Assembly (NCBI GenBank): GCA_964016885.1
Contig: OZ024745.1
Coordinates: forward strand, 100,130,001 to 100,194,000
Length of the DNA stretch: 64,000 nt
Reading direction: 5' to 3'
Source: Eledone cirrhosa
Lineage: Eukaryota
Positions 50,481 through 63,388 of this stretch are shown here, one piece after another. A program made the translations under genes and the position numbers. Positions within the stretch are counted from its first letter, which is position 1; each line of letters opens with the position of its first letter. The notes below the pieces were generated by a model. That model worked only from the letters and a program-made list of their open reading frames with translations, was not told where the DNA came from and ran no database searches.

Positions 50481-52144
50481 GTCTACAGATCTGGTCTCTT
50501 GCATTGAACAGAAAGGAAATCATTTATATTTATTCCTTTTTTACTGGTTTTAATCATCAGACAGTGACTATGTGGAAGAACCACCATCAATTATTTAGTC
50601 AATCATATCAACTCCAGTACCTGTTTACAAGTTTGGTACCTATTTGTTTGATCTCTATTTGTTGAACAGTGAAATACAGTACTAGCTGTTAAGCAATGTA
50701 GATATAAATACAGACACTGACAATCATACCTCAATCTCTTCAATGCCACCTCCATCAAATGATGCTTGCTCTCCCACTGTAGGATAAACTCCTCCTTTGC
50801 AAAGCAACATTCTGCTCATATCCTCTCATCTTACATCCCCACCCTCGTCACTGCTTTTCCAGCTGGGCCAAAGGCACAAATAGCACCCTAATGTCATAAT
50901 GAGGTGAGATGATAAAATACATCTAACCCACTCTGTAAGGTGGATGTGCTTGTGCCATGATAAAAAGCACCTAGTCCACCCTATAATATGATAGTGCTGG
51001 GGTCACAACAGAAAGCACCTAGTACACCCTGTTAGGCAGTAGTACTGCTGGTCCAAAAAAATTATCTCAGTACATGCTCTAAAGTGATTGGTATGAAGAA
51101 GGGCATCCAACTGTAAAAATCAAGCTAAACACAAAATGTATAAGCAAGACGCGTTCATTTGAACTTCTTAGCCCAGAACATGATAACTTATATAAGCCAT
51201 ACAAGCATGTAAAATAGTCTTTAAATGGTGAGGATGATATATGAATTGTTCACAGTTTGAAGACCAGGAAGGCCACAGATCAGGGTGTATTTGATGCATG
51301 TTAAGTTTCAGAGTAGGTACGTGTCTGTGTGTGTTACATCGACCAAATTTCTCTCACAAATCATTGGTCAAGCCTCAGCAATAGTAGAAGACACTTGCCC
51401 AAGGTACCATGCAGTGAGATTGAACCCTAAACCAACCGTGTGGTTGTGGAGCAATGGTTTCTAGGCAGTAAAATGTTACCTGACTAACAGTTTATTGAAT
51501 ATCTTTGAAGTGTTGTTGTTGTTCAGCCTCAGTTGGTCCTTATTGCATGATAGGATCAAAAATGTTTCAGATATGACTACACTCCTCCTATCTTTATCTG
51601 GTATTGTTTATCTAAGACTACACCACTCTGGGTAATTTCTCTGCTAAAGCAGGGGTTAGACTTGGAGAGTTAGACTTGTGGAGTTTGACAAACTTTTCTA
51701 TTTTACCCTAATCTCTGCATTTTCCCCCAATCAATCACTTTAGGCTAAAGTTTGTTGACTTCCTCATGGTGGGTTCAGGAAACTAATCACAGATTTCTGA
51801 TCTTGATCAGGCAAACAACAACAACCTGGGACTAACTCATATGCAAGAAGATCAATCACTTGGTTTTCATTTTTTCCACCATCATCTTTGCCATGTCTTT
51901 CTTGGTTTTCCCATTCCTCTACTTCTTTCCACACACACACACACATACACATACATACATACACACTCATACGTATTTATGTTTAAAATATATGTACATA
52001 TTTTTATCAGTCTATATCTGCTTTCAAGAGTGATGAGGGTGGGGGATATAACATTGGTAAGATACATGGCTATCAAAAGTAGAGTGTATATACATTTATT
52101 AATTATGGTCATGCTTGATTCCAGATAGCAGGAAGAAGCCATAC

Positions 52145-52171
52145 CTGAATGCCTGTTTCACCATTTGAACC
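52145..52171 (-). CDS. Collagen exon 27 nt: GSNGETGIQ
   Basis: TCTTACATTTAG acceptor, CAG|GTATGG donor, 3 triplets, phase 0. Confidence 0.88.
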
Positions 52172-53254
52172 CTAAATGTAAGATAAACAAAGATATACAT
52201 TATAAGTTTATATACATAATTAAGCTTTCATAGATATATTAACTAAATAGAGTAGTGGTGGTGTCTTATATCTTTATTAGATCATTGGACCCCACTGAAG
52301 ACTCCCTTTTCATGTAGTGATTCAAGAAACAAGTGATACCTTATTATATTTAATAGATGTATAATAAAACTTATTTATCCCTTTTAATACAAAACCACAT
52401 GAAACCACCCTAGTTCTATGAAGTAAAGCTGTTTAAGTTAATGTGTTTATAGTTATCGAAAATATTTTCATTATAATTTTATATACCAAGAACCAACTTT
52501 ATATACCAAAAACCAACTGAGAAAGTTAATTATTAAATCACAACAAATTTTGATTATTTTCAAAATTATTTGAAAATCATAGGCAGTATCTTTCATTGAA
52601 ACATCCATCACTTTTACTGTGCTACTTTTAACAATGACTCTTTGAGGGTACTTAAAACAGAGTTAATTGCCATTACAACAAAGCAATGATGATGACAGGA
52701 GTTCAACCATCAAGATCTTGGATGATTTTCCAATAATTCCCATGTTTTCTTAACTAACTAAACATTAATTAACAATGATATGACTTTCTAAAGAATTGTT
52801 GATATTTTGTCCAAGTATTTAACTCGGTTCCTTTATAAATGGTTTAGAATTAATTAAAAAAAAAAATTGAACTAGAAAAAGAAACATCAACTAAATCAGA
52901 TCATTTTAGGGTAGAATATATTATACATTATTTCAAATGTATATTCATATCAAAATACAAAAATAAAGAGTCTGATTATCTCTGAAGAAAGCAACAGATA
53001 GGTTAAAGCATATGAAATGAGTTGTGAAGGAGAAATCCTAACCTTCTCAATACTATGTTGATGGATAAAAAGGCTGATTTACAGGTAAGCCACAATTTTG
53101 AGAGGCCCCTTACGTTAAAAGATAGTAAAACATTTCATAAAAGATATTTAATTATTGCAGGATAATATCTAGTCTCATATTTCTCTGTTGCAAGATCAAC
53201 ACTGCCAGTGTCAAAAGTGAATTTCATTGCTATAAGTTTAATAACATTTTACTA

Positions 53255-53482
53255 ACCCTTTCATAATTGCATTTCTAATGAAATACACTATTTTAATTAT
53301 TTAATGAAGTATCTTGAGGGATTTACTAAAATTATTAATTATTTCATTACTAAAATAGTAACTTAATATAAGATTATTATTTAAAATTATATTAAATTTT
53401 AATTTAAACTGGAAACCTTTAAAATAGGTGGTTTTATTTCATAGAACCAGAACTAGTTTTGGCTGGGTTGGTAAGTAAAGGT
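53255..53482. mobile_element. Second TTAA-type (piggyBac-like) MITE family; inverted copy at 61256-61645 interrupted by an RTE 3' end
   Basis: (C/T)TAA-CCCTTT ... AAAGGT-TTAA ends; shared TTCATAGAACCAG..TTTTGGCTGGG..GGTAA. Confidence 0.6.
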
Positions 53483-53949
53483 TTAAAACAATAGGTTTTG
53501 ATCTATTCAGCTATAGAGAAAAGAAATCAGTCATATTATAATATTTGTATCTAGTAATAACACTGTCATGCCTCCTAGGTCAAAGTACCAAACCTTACTT
53601 ATCTTTATCTACAGAGGTGATACCAGGAGCATACATTAAAATGTTGCATTAAATATTTCTTAAATGCCTTACATAGTTATAATCCCTGTATCTTTGTATA
53701 TCTAAATGTCTGTTTGTATTACTCTCTTATTGTTTTTTTATTATTAGCTTTAATTCAATACTTAAAACCTTTAGAGATAATATACTCAGTATATTCACAT
53801 TAGGATATTAAAAATGGAGCAAGATAAAATATTAAGAGAAAAGAAGTTGAACAGGGTGTGGATTTGTTATTCTCCCTGTATATTAAAGAATAAAAACATG
53901 ATCCCCTTTCTTTAAACTGTTAAGATTTGATCAAGAATCTTTGTTTAAA

Positions 53950-54305
53950 GAAAAAAAAAACAAGAGAGAAACAAAAGGAAAGAAAGGATAGGGAAATATA
54001 GAGAAAAAAGAGAGAAAGAAAGAAGAAAAAGAACGGCAAGGGGAGGGGATGGCAAGAGCTCTGGTGTCACAGAAGACAGGGAAGGGGTAAGGGTGGTGAT
54101 TGGGCGTAGGGTGTAGGGCAAGGGGGCAGAAGTGCTGCGCTGCGCTGACAAGATGGCAAAAGCATTCCCGCGGACGATGGCCAGTGACACCTGCTGCAAC
54201 AGCCATCCAACCTCGCGTGGCTCCCTCCTCAGACAGGCTGCTGATGCTCCGATCTTGTGGAGGGGCTCGGCAGTACGGGGTCCAAGTACACCTGAGGTCT
54301 CTATT
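53950..54305 (-). mobile_element. CRE-clade non-LTR retrotransposon 3' end
   Basis: ORF 53945..54349: IETSGVLGPRT..REPREVGWLLQQVSLAIVRGNAFAILS, typical CRE-like endonuclease C-terminus, then pyrimidine-rich 3' UTR. Confidence 0.78.
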
Positions 54306-54350
54306 TGACAAGTAGTGTCATAGACACTTCCAGGCTGGACTGGTGACATT

Positions 54351-55890
54351 AATAATTGTTTCTACTTTTTGGCACAAGGCCAGCAATTACCCAGTGTATT
54401 ACTGGTACTTTATTTTATCGACCCCGTAAGGATGAAAGGCAAAGTTAACCTCGGCGACATTAATAATGAACTTCTGTAACTTGAGAAGGCATATTCCAGA
54501 AGGATGTTATTTTAGATAGGAAAAATTGAGCAATAGTGTATGGGTATGTTGAATGTAGAGAGATGTGCCTTGAGTATGACTCAATAGAAGTAGTATTCAG
54601 CTTCTTATGAGAAGAGAAGGTACCATTATGATGGTGTAACATGAGGTAGATAAAATAAAAAAATATGTTAGTGAATGAATCTGCCAGTTATCCTACTAGC
54701 CTTTTCTTTTAAATGCAGTCTAAAGGCTTGGGTTTATAACAGCTAGACTGTCTCAGATATGTATACTATACTCTAATATGGGCTTCACTTGTGCTTTATA
54801 GACGGTCGGTAACTGATCAGGGCTCTGCAGAGGAATATTTCTGATACAGATTTGGCAGTATTAAAGATAATTGTTTCTACTTTTGGCACAAGGCCAGTGT
54901 ATTACTGGTACTTTATTTATCCCAGTGTATTACTGGTACTTTATTTTATCAACCCCGTAAGGATGAAAGGCAAAGTTAACCTTGGCGGGATTTGAACTCA
55001 GTCCGTAAAGGGATGTAACTGAGCTGTATTAAAGATAATTGTTTCCACTTTAGGCACAAGGCCAGCAAATTACCCAGTGCATTACTGGTACTTTATTTTA
55101 TCGACCCCGTAAGGATGAAAGGCAAAGTCAACTTCGGCGGGATTTGAACTTTAAAGATAATGTGAGTTGAAATACAAAGTCAGTAATGATATTTGCTTTC
55201 TTTTTTTTTTTATATAACAATCAATTTATAAGACTCTTTTTACTACTCTTTATTTCATTCTTATCACTTTGATACAAACATATCCTTATTTCATTTAAAT
55301 TCCTTTTGTACCCAAAATTATTTTATAGTATTATTAAATAATAATTGTTTCTACTTTTGGCACAAGGCCAGCAATTACTCAGTACATTACTGGTACTTTA
55401 TTTTATCGACCCCCGTAAGGATGAAAGGCAAAGTTAACCTCGGTGGGATTTGAACTCAGATCATAAAGGGACATAACTATGCTAGAAAGCATGGCGTCCG
55501 ACACTCTACCGATACTGCCAATCCACCACCATTATTATTAATCCCGCGGTGGATTGGCAGTATCGGTAGAGGGTCGGACGCCATGCTTTGCAAGCACAGT
55601 TACATCCCTTTACGGACTGAGTTCAAATCCCGCCGAGGTTAACTTTGCCTTTCATCCTTACGGGGTCGATAAAATAATGTACCAGTAATGTACTGGGTAT
55701 TTGCTGGCCTTGTGCCAAAAAGTAGTTTTAATACCTACGTACGGTACGTAAGTATTAGCGTATTAATATATAGATGTTTCTACCTTTGGCACAAGGCCAG
55801 CAATTACTCCAGGGCATTACTGGTGATTTATTTTATTGACCCCGTAGAGATGAAAGGCAAAGTTAATCTCGGCGGGATTTGAATTCAGAC
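54351..55890. mobile_element. Cluster of six SINE family A copies (five minus, one plus at 55546-55725)
   Basis: Copies at about 54351, 54868, 55036, 55340, 55546 and 55775; TSD GACATTAATAAT around the first. Confidence 0.92.
54470..54850 (-). mobile_element. CR1/Jockey-group LINE RT C-terminal remnant
   Basis: VYKAQVKPILEYSIHI*D and FFLSKITSFWNMP motifs on minus strand. Confidence 0.7.
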
Positions 55891-56011
55891 TCAAGATAAA
55901 CTATTGTCTAAATAGAATATATATACTTCCGCATTCCATAGACTTATTTTTTTATATTACAGAGACAAAAAAAAAATGAATTGAAAATCCGGAAATGCAG
56001 TGGATACTTAC

Positions 56012-56047
56012 TTTACGACCAGGAATTCCAGGAGGGCCTGTTGGTCC
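56012..56047 (-). CDS. Collagen exon 36 nt: GPTGPPGIPGRK
   Basis: ATTTAG acceptor, GTAAGT donor, 4 triplets, phase 0. Confidence 0.93.
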
Positions 56048-57589
56048 CTAAATGTTTTAGGTTTATACAAGATAAAAAAGAAGAAAATATGGCATAAAAT
56101 CTGTATTTAAGATAAACATTTGCTCCAAAAGACGTTTCAAGAAAAATGGAAGCACTTTAATGTCACTCACTTGTGATAACATTTGAAAATATAGATTTCA
56201 TTTAAAAGTATTAAAAAAAAAAAATTAAAAAGCACTTTTCTACATATGAAGCAAAGAAAGATAAAAATTAAATGAATTTGACCACCACCAATTTTCTTCG
56301 CTTTCAGATTTTATTTTATAAATTTATCTTATACTGCATTTGAAAACTGACAAATTGTATTGTACATAAACATTTCCCCCCAGTTATTGTGAGACATAAA
56401 ATTGTTTTTAAATATTCACAAAATTTTAAAATAAAATATTCTTAAAAGCATGTGGTGAATATTTTAATCTATGAGTTAGAGTTTATATTTTTATGTCCAT
56501 TTTGTCATGCTTTGCACAGGTTGGACAAAGCCTGGGCCTTATCCTGCTTTTAAAAGTGTTAAGTACTTGAGTGTTTTTCAGACAGCTAACCACCGGCTTC
56601 TATTTTTAGAGTAATATGAAAGGAAGCGCCTTGACAAGAACACAATGCATCAACCGGCCTGAGAATCGAACTTACGATCTTATTATCGTGACTGCAACAA
56701 TCCTAAACATTCTAAGGCATTAGAATAAAACAATTACTTCGCTTTGAATAGCAATAGAATATATTAGAAATATATATCGTAATTTGAACACAGAATTTGA
56801 AAATAAGGTTCATAGTTAATTGTATTTATTATGTGTTTATATTTTCATTCTGAAAGAATTGTGAATAATTTGTAATGTTATTTATACAACTATGAATAAA
56901 ATTATTTCATATAAAGTCTGAATGAAAACATTTTTAAAGCAGTATAAAAACAAATTTATAAAATAAAGTAACAAACGAATTTCTACTATAATTGTTTTAA
57001 CTTTTTTGACAAACTTTTCAAGTGGAACGAACTTAAATTAGTCTAGCAAATATATTAATCAGATGCGGATTTAATGATCTGAAATGATGATTGTTGATTT
57101 TAAAGATTAATTCAGTATTATTTATCAATAAAGAATAATTGAATAAGTTATTCCCCTTGCTTCAGCACTTGCCAAGTTTCTATGCTAAACTTGGTCTTCT
57201 CTTTGCGTATATTTATTTCTCTGAATGCCTACATCTATATCAATTTCATTATATATTTTTTTTGCTATTCCAAGTTACTTTTTTTAATACACCCACCACA
57301 CACGAATTATCTATAATTGTGGCCTTGACACAAACGTAGTCATCTCCCTTGAATCCACTCCTCAAAGCCTATCAGTTTTTGTTTATAAGATTATATTCTT
57401 CTTTTGCTACTCATACTGTCTTCTGCATGTTTGAAACAATATAATATTGTTTTAAATATTATATTTTTTAAATGTAAAAAACAAAAACGTTACTTCTTAC
57501 AGAAACTATTCTTAAAAAATACATGGATCTTCTTTTCTGTTGAGAAATCATTTTTCTTCATCTACATCACTTATTCTCTGAATACTTAC

Positions 57590-57980
57590 TGATGCAGTTG
57601 ATCTGAGACATTTAGTGGAGTTGGCCCGCTGACAGCGAAGTTCTTGTCTTCGCTGGCGTTTTGCCTTACTGAGGTGTTGAGTGATGCCTTTGATGGTACC
57701 TGGTTGTTTCAGTGCCTTAGCCTTGCCATCACTTGTGGCAATTCTGTGAGTGTATTGGCTTGCCTCAAAGTATTTAGTTAACCCCTAAGATGTGACGTGT
57801 GGCCGATTATCGCACGCGTTGGGGAATTGACTCCCCACCCTCACGCACTTTTTCTTCTTTTATATATATTTTTTATTTTTATTTTATGCATTTATATTTG
57901 TATATATCATTTGTGTTTGTGTTTTCATTCTGTAAGCATTATATTATATTTTTATACAACTGTGAATAAAAGATTTACCT
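57590..57980 (+). mobile_element. CRE-clade non-LTR retrotransposon 3' end (second family)
   Basis: ETFSGVGPLTAKFLSSLA..WLFQCLSLAITCGNSVSVLAC followed by T-rich UTR and AATAAA. Confidence 0.72.
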
Positions 57981-58464
57981 AAAATTATATTTTTATAGTA
58001 CTTTTTAAAACTCTTTTACCATTAACCTGCCTGAGACTGACACTAGTTCTAAGATAAAGAAATCTCAATTTAAAGTGTTTATATTATAACATGTTTCAAA
58101 CACCAATTTAATCATGAAAAACTTAGTTATTTTACTAAATACTTTGAAATTTTTTATTATTAAAAAAAATAATTCAAATAGATTGGCAATAAAATTATTA
58201 ATCTTTAATCACTTGACTCATCATTTCTTAACGGTCTTGCTTTAACCTTCTGAAATTTCTAAATTATTTCCACAATAATCATTTGTTGTCAAAAATATTA
58301 AAACAGGCAAGTGAAATAAATATAGAGACTATGTATAATAATGAAAAATAAAATTCTAAAATACAAATTAAATTTCTAAATACACAATAAGTGGCTGGTA
58401 GAAGCTAAAGCAAGCATTAAAGTTAGAGGAAAATTTATTTTATAATAATTGGAAAATGAAATAC

Positions 58465-58500
58465 CGGAAAACCATTGCTTCCTTGAATTCCCTTTTCACC
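58465..58500 (-). CDS. Collagen exon 36 nt: GEKGIQGSNGFP
   Basis: TTATCCTTGCAG acceptor, GTATTT donor, 4 Gly-X-Y triplets, phase 0. Confidence 0.92.
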
Positions 58501-58694
58501 CTGCAAGGATAATAAAAAGATTTCATGAACAGGTTTTGGGTAATCATAACATAAGAGGTAAATTTAACATCATGATAGAAACACTTATTTATAAATTGTT
58601 TATTAGCCCATATAAATGTACTCTCAGTCGCTTCACACCATGAAACCAGATAAGCACCGGCCAAATGAGCCTTCTGGCTTAAGACAGACTTTAG

Positions 58695-59194
58695 ATATAC
58701 TCGAATATAAGCTGATCCAAATATATGTTGACCTCCTATTTTGTGTCTGAGAAATGGGCAAAAATCCAAACCCCATGTATAAGCCAAGTCAGTTAATCAA
58801 CACATGTTTAGCTGGTGCGGTTTTGAGGCTCTCATGAGAAGAGGATATTTATGAAGTTTTAATATTTTGATGTTTAAAATGTTTTAAGTGTCATTTAGAG
58901 TATACTTTGTTTCACAACTCCATTACATAATGATAATTTACCAATTTCTGACTGTTTTGAAGGTCATATTCTTTCAAAACATAAACCCCCCCTACAAAAA
59001 AAAATCTCACGTCCAAAGTGAAACTGGTGTAATATTCACCTCCAAAATGAAACAAATGTAATATTCACCTTCAAAGTGAAAATGTTTTAACCTCTTTTTC
59101 ATAGAATTTGAAAATTAGTAAAATATTCACAGCCGATGGTAAACCACCGACTTTTTTTTGTCATTTATTAGCTTATATACAAATACATATGGTA
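58695..59194. mobile_element. Degenerate pogo/Tigger-like MITE
   Basis: ATATACTCGAATATAAGCTG ... TAGCTTATATACAAATACATATGGTA decayed TIRs resembling those at 1250/2369. Confidence 0.5.
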
Positions 59195-60546
59195 CTTTCC
59201 TTCACATATTTTAGTCATTAACATTGGAAATTTTTCTTGCTAAAGAGACCAATTACACAACGTATAGTATTTAATAATTTGATAAATTTACACCATCAGA
59301 ACATTTAGAAAATAAATGATAAATATCTATTTGCAAATGTATACCACATGTAACTGAAATCATTTAATTTCAAAATTATCAGCCTTATTATACTGGTAGT
59401 TGTCTTCCATTGTCTGACAGAGAAAGATAAACACTGAATTGCAGAGGATGATGGGAATAGAGCCAGTGATGAATGTTGTGAAGAGTTAGGGAATGGCTGA
59501 GTCATGTGTTGTGGAAGGATAGAAATGACTGGTGAAAAAGAAGTAGATGAAGACAGAAAAACATGGCTAAAGATGATGGAAGAGGAAATGGAGGTCAGGG
59601 GTTTAGTGAGATGGCTTGTAGAAGATTGAGCAAAATGGAGAAGCTTGTCATGGGATCAACAAGGCTAACTCCTGCTTCAGGGAACGTAGTCTTAAAACAC
59701 TTGTGTTGTCTTCTGTTACAAAGTATAATCATGTTAAATCTAGTTATGAATTTAAACATTGACATGATCTCAAAACTGATTTGGTCTGGAAGATATGGAA
59801 GATATGGTTGTCCAAATAGTTGTCACAGTTTCACAGAGACTGGGGGGGGGGGGGGGACTGATTCATCAAACCAGTAAGGGTTTAGTACAATATATCTAGG
59901 GAACAATGAAGGGTATCCTCTATTTATGGCTGGGCGTTGTAGATCGTTAATGTATACAAATACAAGAATTGGTGATAAAAACAATCACCGAGGCACACAC
60001 AAAGTGTCATTGAGAGAGAGAGGGAGAGAGATAGATAGAGAGAGAGATAGATAGATAGATAGATAGATAGAGAGAGAGAGGGAGAGAGAGAGCTCTATCA
60101 GTATACATTACAATGGAGGTTACTAGATTGTCTAATTGCTTCTTTTCCGAAGGCATTTTTATAGAAGTATGATTTATTTTCCAAAGTAAAGATTTGGTTA
60201 TCGAATGATGGTCATTATTTTAGTACCAGTAATACACTGGTTAATTGCTGGCCTTGTGCCAAAAGTAGAAACAATTATTTTACACCTGTTCTTCTATATT
60301 TGCACTGACTAGATGAAGGTTAATGCTTGTCCTGGTTTTATAAGACATCAAACAATTGAGGGTGTTGTCTGCCACAGGGCTAACCCCCTTCAGCTGCAGC
60401 AATTATTTTCAGTTGAGGTAAATGAAGCAATGTGGAATGGAATGATTTGCTCAAGGACACAATAAAGAATTCATCTTCAGCTATTTTGAAACATTAGGTA
60501 ATTAAATTAAAAATGTATTTTTTTTTTGTTGAAAGATGCACACATG

Positions 60547-60548
<2 letters not shown>

Positions 60549-60624
<76 letters not shown>

Positions 60625-60660
60625 CGTATGCACACACACGTGCACACACACACAGACATA
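60549..60660. repeat. (CA)n microsatellite just downstream of the 44-nt exon donor (reads (UG)n in the pre-mRNA)
   Basis: Direct reading. Confidence 0.97.
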
Positions 60661-60692
60661 CACACAAATATATGAAAAGAAATATCACATAC

Positions 60693-60736
60693 AAGATTTC
60701 CATGTTCTCCTTTGCTTCCTTTCTGACCAGGTTGAC
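60693..60736 (-). CDS. Collagen exon, first Gly-X-Y exon in window, 44 nt, phase 1 to 0: (G)QPGQKGSKGEHGNL
   Basis: Minus strand TTTTCTTTTGTAG acceptor and GTATGT donor; Gly every third codon; begins with the last two bases of a split Gly codon. Confidence 0.9.
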
Positions 60737-60784
60737 CTACAAAAGAAAATTAACATCAGTAAATGGAATAAAATATCAAAATAC

Positions 60785-61190
60785 ATCATCATCATCTTCC
60801 ACGCTAGCATGGGTTAGACAGTTTTGTTCCACTTGATGCAGGATTGGTCGGGAGACCGTGTCTCGCTCATACAGAACTGTCTCTGGCAGGTCTTCTACGG
60901 CTGGATGCCCTTCCTAACACCAACCACATTTACAGTGAGTGCTGGGAGCTTTTTACCGTGTCTCCTACATGATCACTTTACAGTGGGTGCTGGGTGCTTT
61001 TTACCGTGTCTCCTACATGATCACTTTACAGTGGGTGCTGGGTGCTTTTTACCGTGTCTCCTACATGACCACTTTACAGTGGGTGCTTTTTGTTGTGTCA
61101 CCAACATAGTGGACAGAAATGGGAGGATGGGGTAGGGTGTGTGTGGTGGGGTATATATTGGGTTAAGAGGTGCCTACTGACTGTAGGTTT
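60785..61190 (-). mobile_element. RTE/SINE-B type 3' region with internal 48-bp tandem repeat x3
   Basis: TTTACAGTGGGTGCTGGGTGCTTTTTACCGTGTCTCCTACATGATCAC repeated 60929-61090; homologous to 33505-33895. Confidence 0.78.
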
Positions 61191-61926
61191 AAGTTTGAAG
61201 GATTATACACAGTTAGATTACTGAAATATACAAGAATTGAAAAATATTTTTAATCCTTTAATTTACCAGCCCAGCCAAAACTGGTTCTATGAAATAAAAC
61301 CATCCATTTTAAATGATTCCAATTTAAATTAAAATCTTCCAAAATAATTTTCTATCTCTTCCTCCTCCTCCTCCTCCTTCTTCACCCACTTATTCCTGAG
61401 AGGGTTGTGGGGGCAGAGTCCTCAAACACTCCTTCTTGCAGGTCCTCTCAGAAGCAACCATCTCCAACTGATCCGGCTGGATCCCCAAGCTCATGGATGT
61501 TAGCCAATCATTTTGCTTGAACCTTAAATCAAATTATTATCTTACTAATGAAATAACTAATAATTTTAGTATATCCCTCAAAGTTTTTCATTAATTAATT
61601 AATTAAAATAGATTGTATTTCATTAGAAATGCAATCATGAAAGGTTTAACATACACCCATATACTAAAAATGTATGGAGGAGAAAAAGTTGTAATGTTCA
61701 CAATATGAAATCTAAAAGTCAGAGAATTTACTGAAAGAACAATAATTGTACAGCCAGTAAGTAGTTTTATGAGAGCAACATTAAGTTATGGGAAAAAATA
61801 CAAAACCCATCTATAGAGAGGAAATATCTAATAGTAAACAATCTGTAATGGAAAGCAGGTTCATTATACAGAACTAGAAATATTATTTGAGTGAATCGGT
61901 AAAAGACTTTAGAGTAGATGAATATA

Positions 61927-62288
61927 CAGTGTACCCCCAACATTCATGGTCCTGGTTATTTGTGGAATTTTCCTTAGAACCTAACTAATAATTGTTTGTG
62001 GGAACCACCGCATATTCGCAGAATCGTGAATATTTGCGATTTTTTTTAATGAATTTTTTCGTGGCAATATATATATTTTTTAATGTTAAATTATTAATAA
62101 TAAATACTGTATTTGCCAGCCTATTGGACCCCACTTCACATAAGATGCTCCCTCTTTTTTTAAAATTATATTTTACATTGTATTTTGACATTTATAGGCA
62201 TTTTATGAACCGTGTCCAATATTCGCAGTTTTTCACTCTTTGTGGGTGCTCTAGGAACATAACCCATGTGGAGACTGGGGAACAACTG
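61927..62288. mobile_element. Tigger/pogo-like MITE
   Basis: TA-CAGTGTACCCC ... GGGGAACAACTG-TA ends with internal ATATTCGC repeats. Confidence 0.5.
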
Positions 62289-63388
62289 TATAGTAAAAAC
62301 GTTGAATGGATAGAAGACAAAGAAGATGGATATATTGCATATAACATTAAGAAGAAAATGTAAACAAATGAGAAATAGAGATATCAATATTTCAGTTTTT
62401 GAGTGGTACTAAGGTCTCTTTAGAAGGCATTCTTTAGTTCTAGTTCAGAAAACAAATGGTTTACAGAAGCTTTTCTCTCTGATTTGGATAAAAATTGAAG
62501 TCAGACAGAGAAGAGCACACTAGATAAAATAAGAATTAAAAATGTGTTAGAACAGAGGACATGGTAAAGAGAAATATTTCATTGTTTAGCTGATAGAACC
62601 CAAACCAAACCAAACCAAACCAAACCTCAGTTGTTTTTAAAAGAAAAGCAATCCCAAACAATAAAAATTTTCTTCTGGGGTTATAATTCATTACCACTCT
62701 AAAAGCTGACTGGATGGGAAAGACATGGGTTTATGGAGAAGAAAAGTATGAGAGCTGGAGCTCCTCTGAAGAAAGTTGCAAAGATGATATAAGACTAACT
62801 CAAAAGTTCATGTTACTGAGCTAGTTAAACACATATTGAAAGACAGGAAAACTCAGCAAGCTATGATCCTTTGTTGACAATTGATCTTCAACCTCTCCAT
62901 ATTCTGAGGATGGAGTTAGGAAGTACAGGATATCATGAATGTTATCTAATGATAAGTAAAAAATAAACAGGAGATAATCTCAAAGTGTGTCTCTGGTTTT
63001 GCTACTGTTGCCATTAGTGGCTGTCTCTGGCCAGAATTCTCTCACCTCTTTCTGTTCAAACCAGCTGTAACTGGCTGCTCATACTGATGTTAAGGTATTG
63101 TTCTCAAAATAAATAATATCAAAATCTCATAGATTCAATATTATTTTTTTTTGGTATTTATTTCATTGATCGCTACGAAAAGTCATGTTAATTAATTAAA
63201 ATTCCCTATGAGATATTTCATTTAGTATATTAACTAATTTTCCTTCTAGACTAAGGCTATTTTCATAATGGTTGAATCAAGAAAATACAGGTTAATAAGT
63301 ATCATCATTTCTACATCCATTGTTTTCTGGCAAGTCTTGTGAGGCATGTTGGATGTTCTTCCCAATACCATGTCACATCTTATCTTAA

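Noticed and set aside
60929-61090. 48-bp repeat array as CRISPR-like
   Set aside because: Contiguous units with no unique spacers, inside a retroelement tail in eukaryotic DNA
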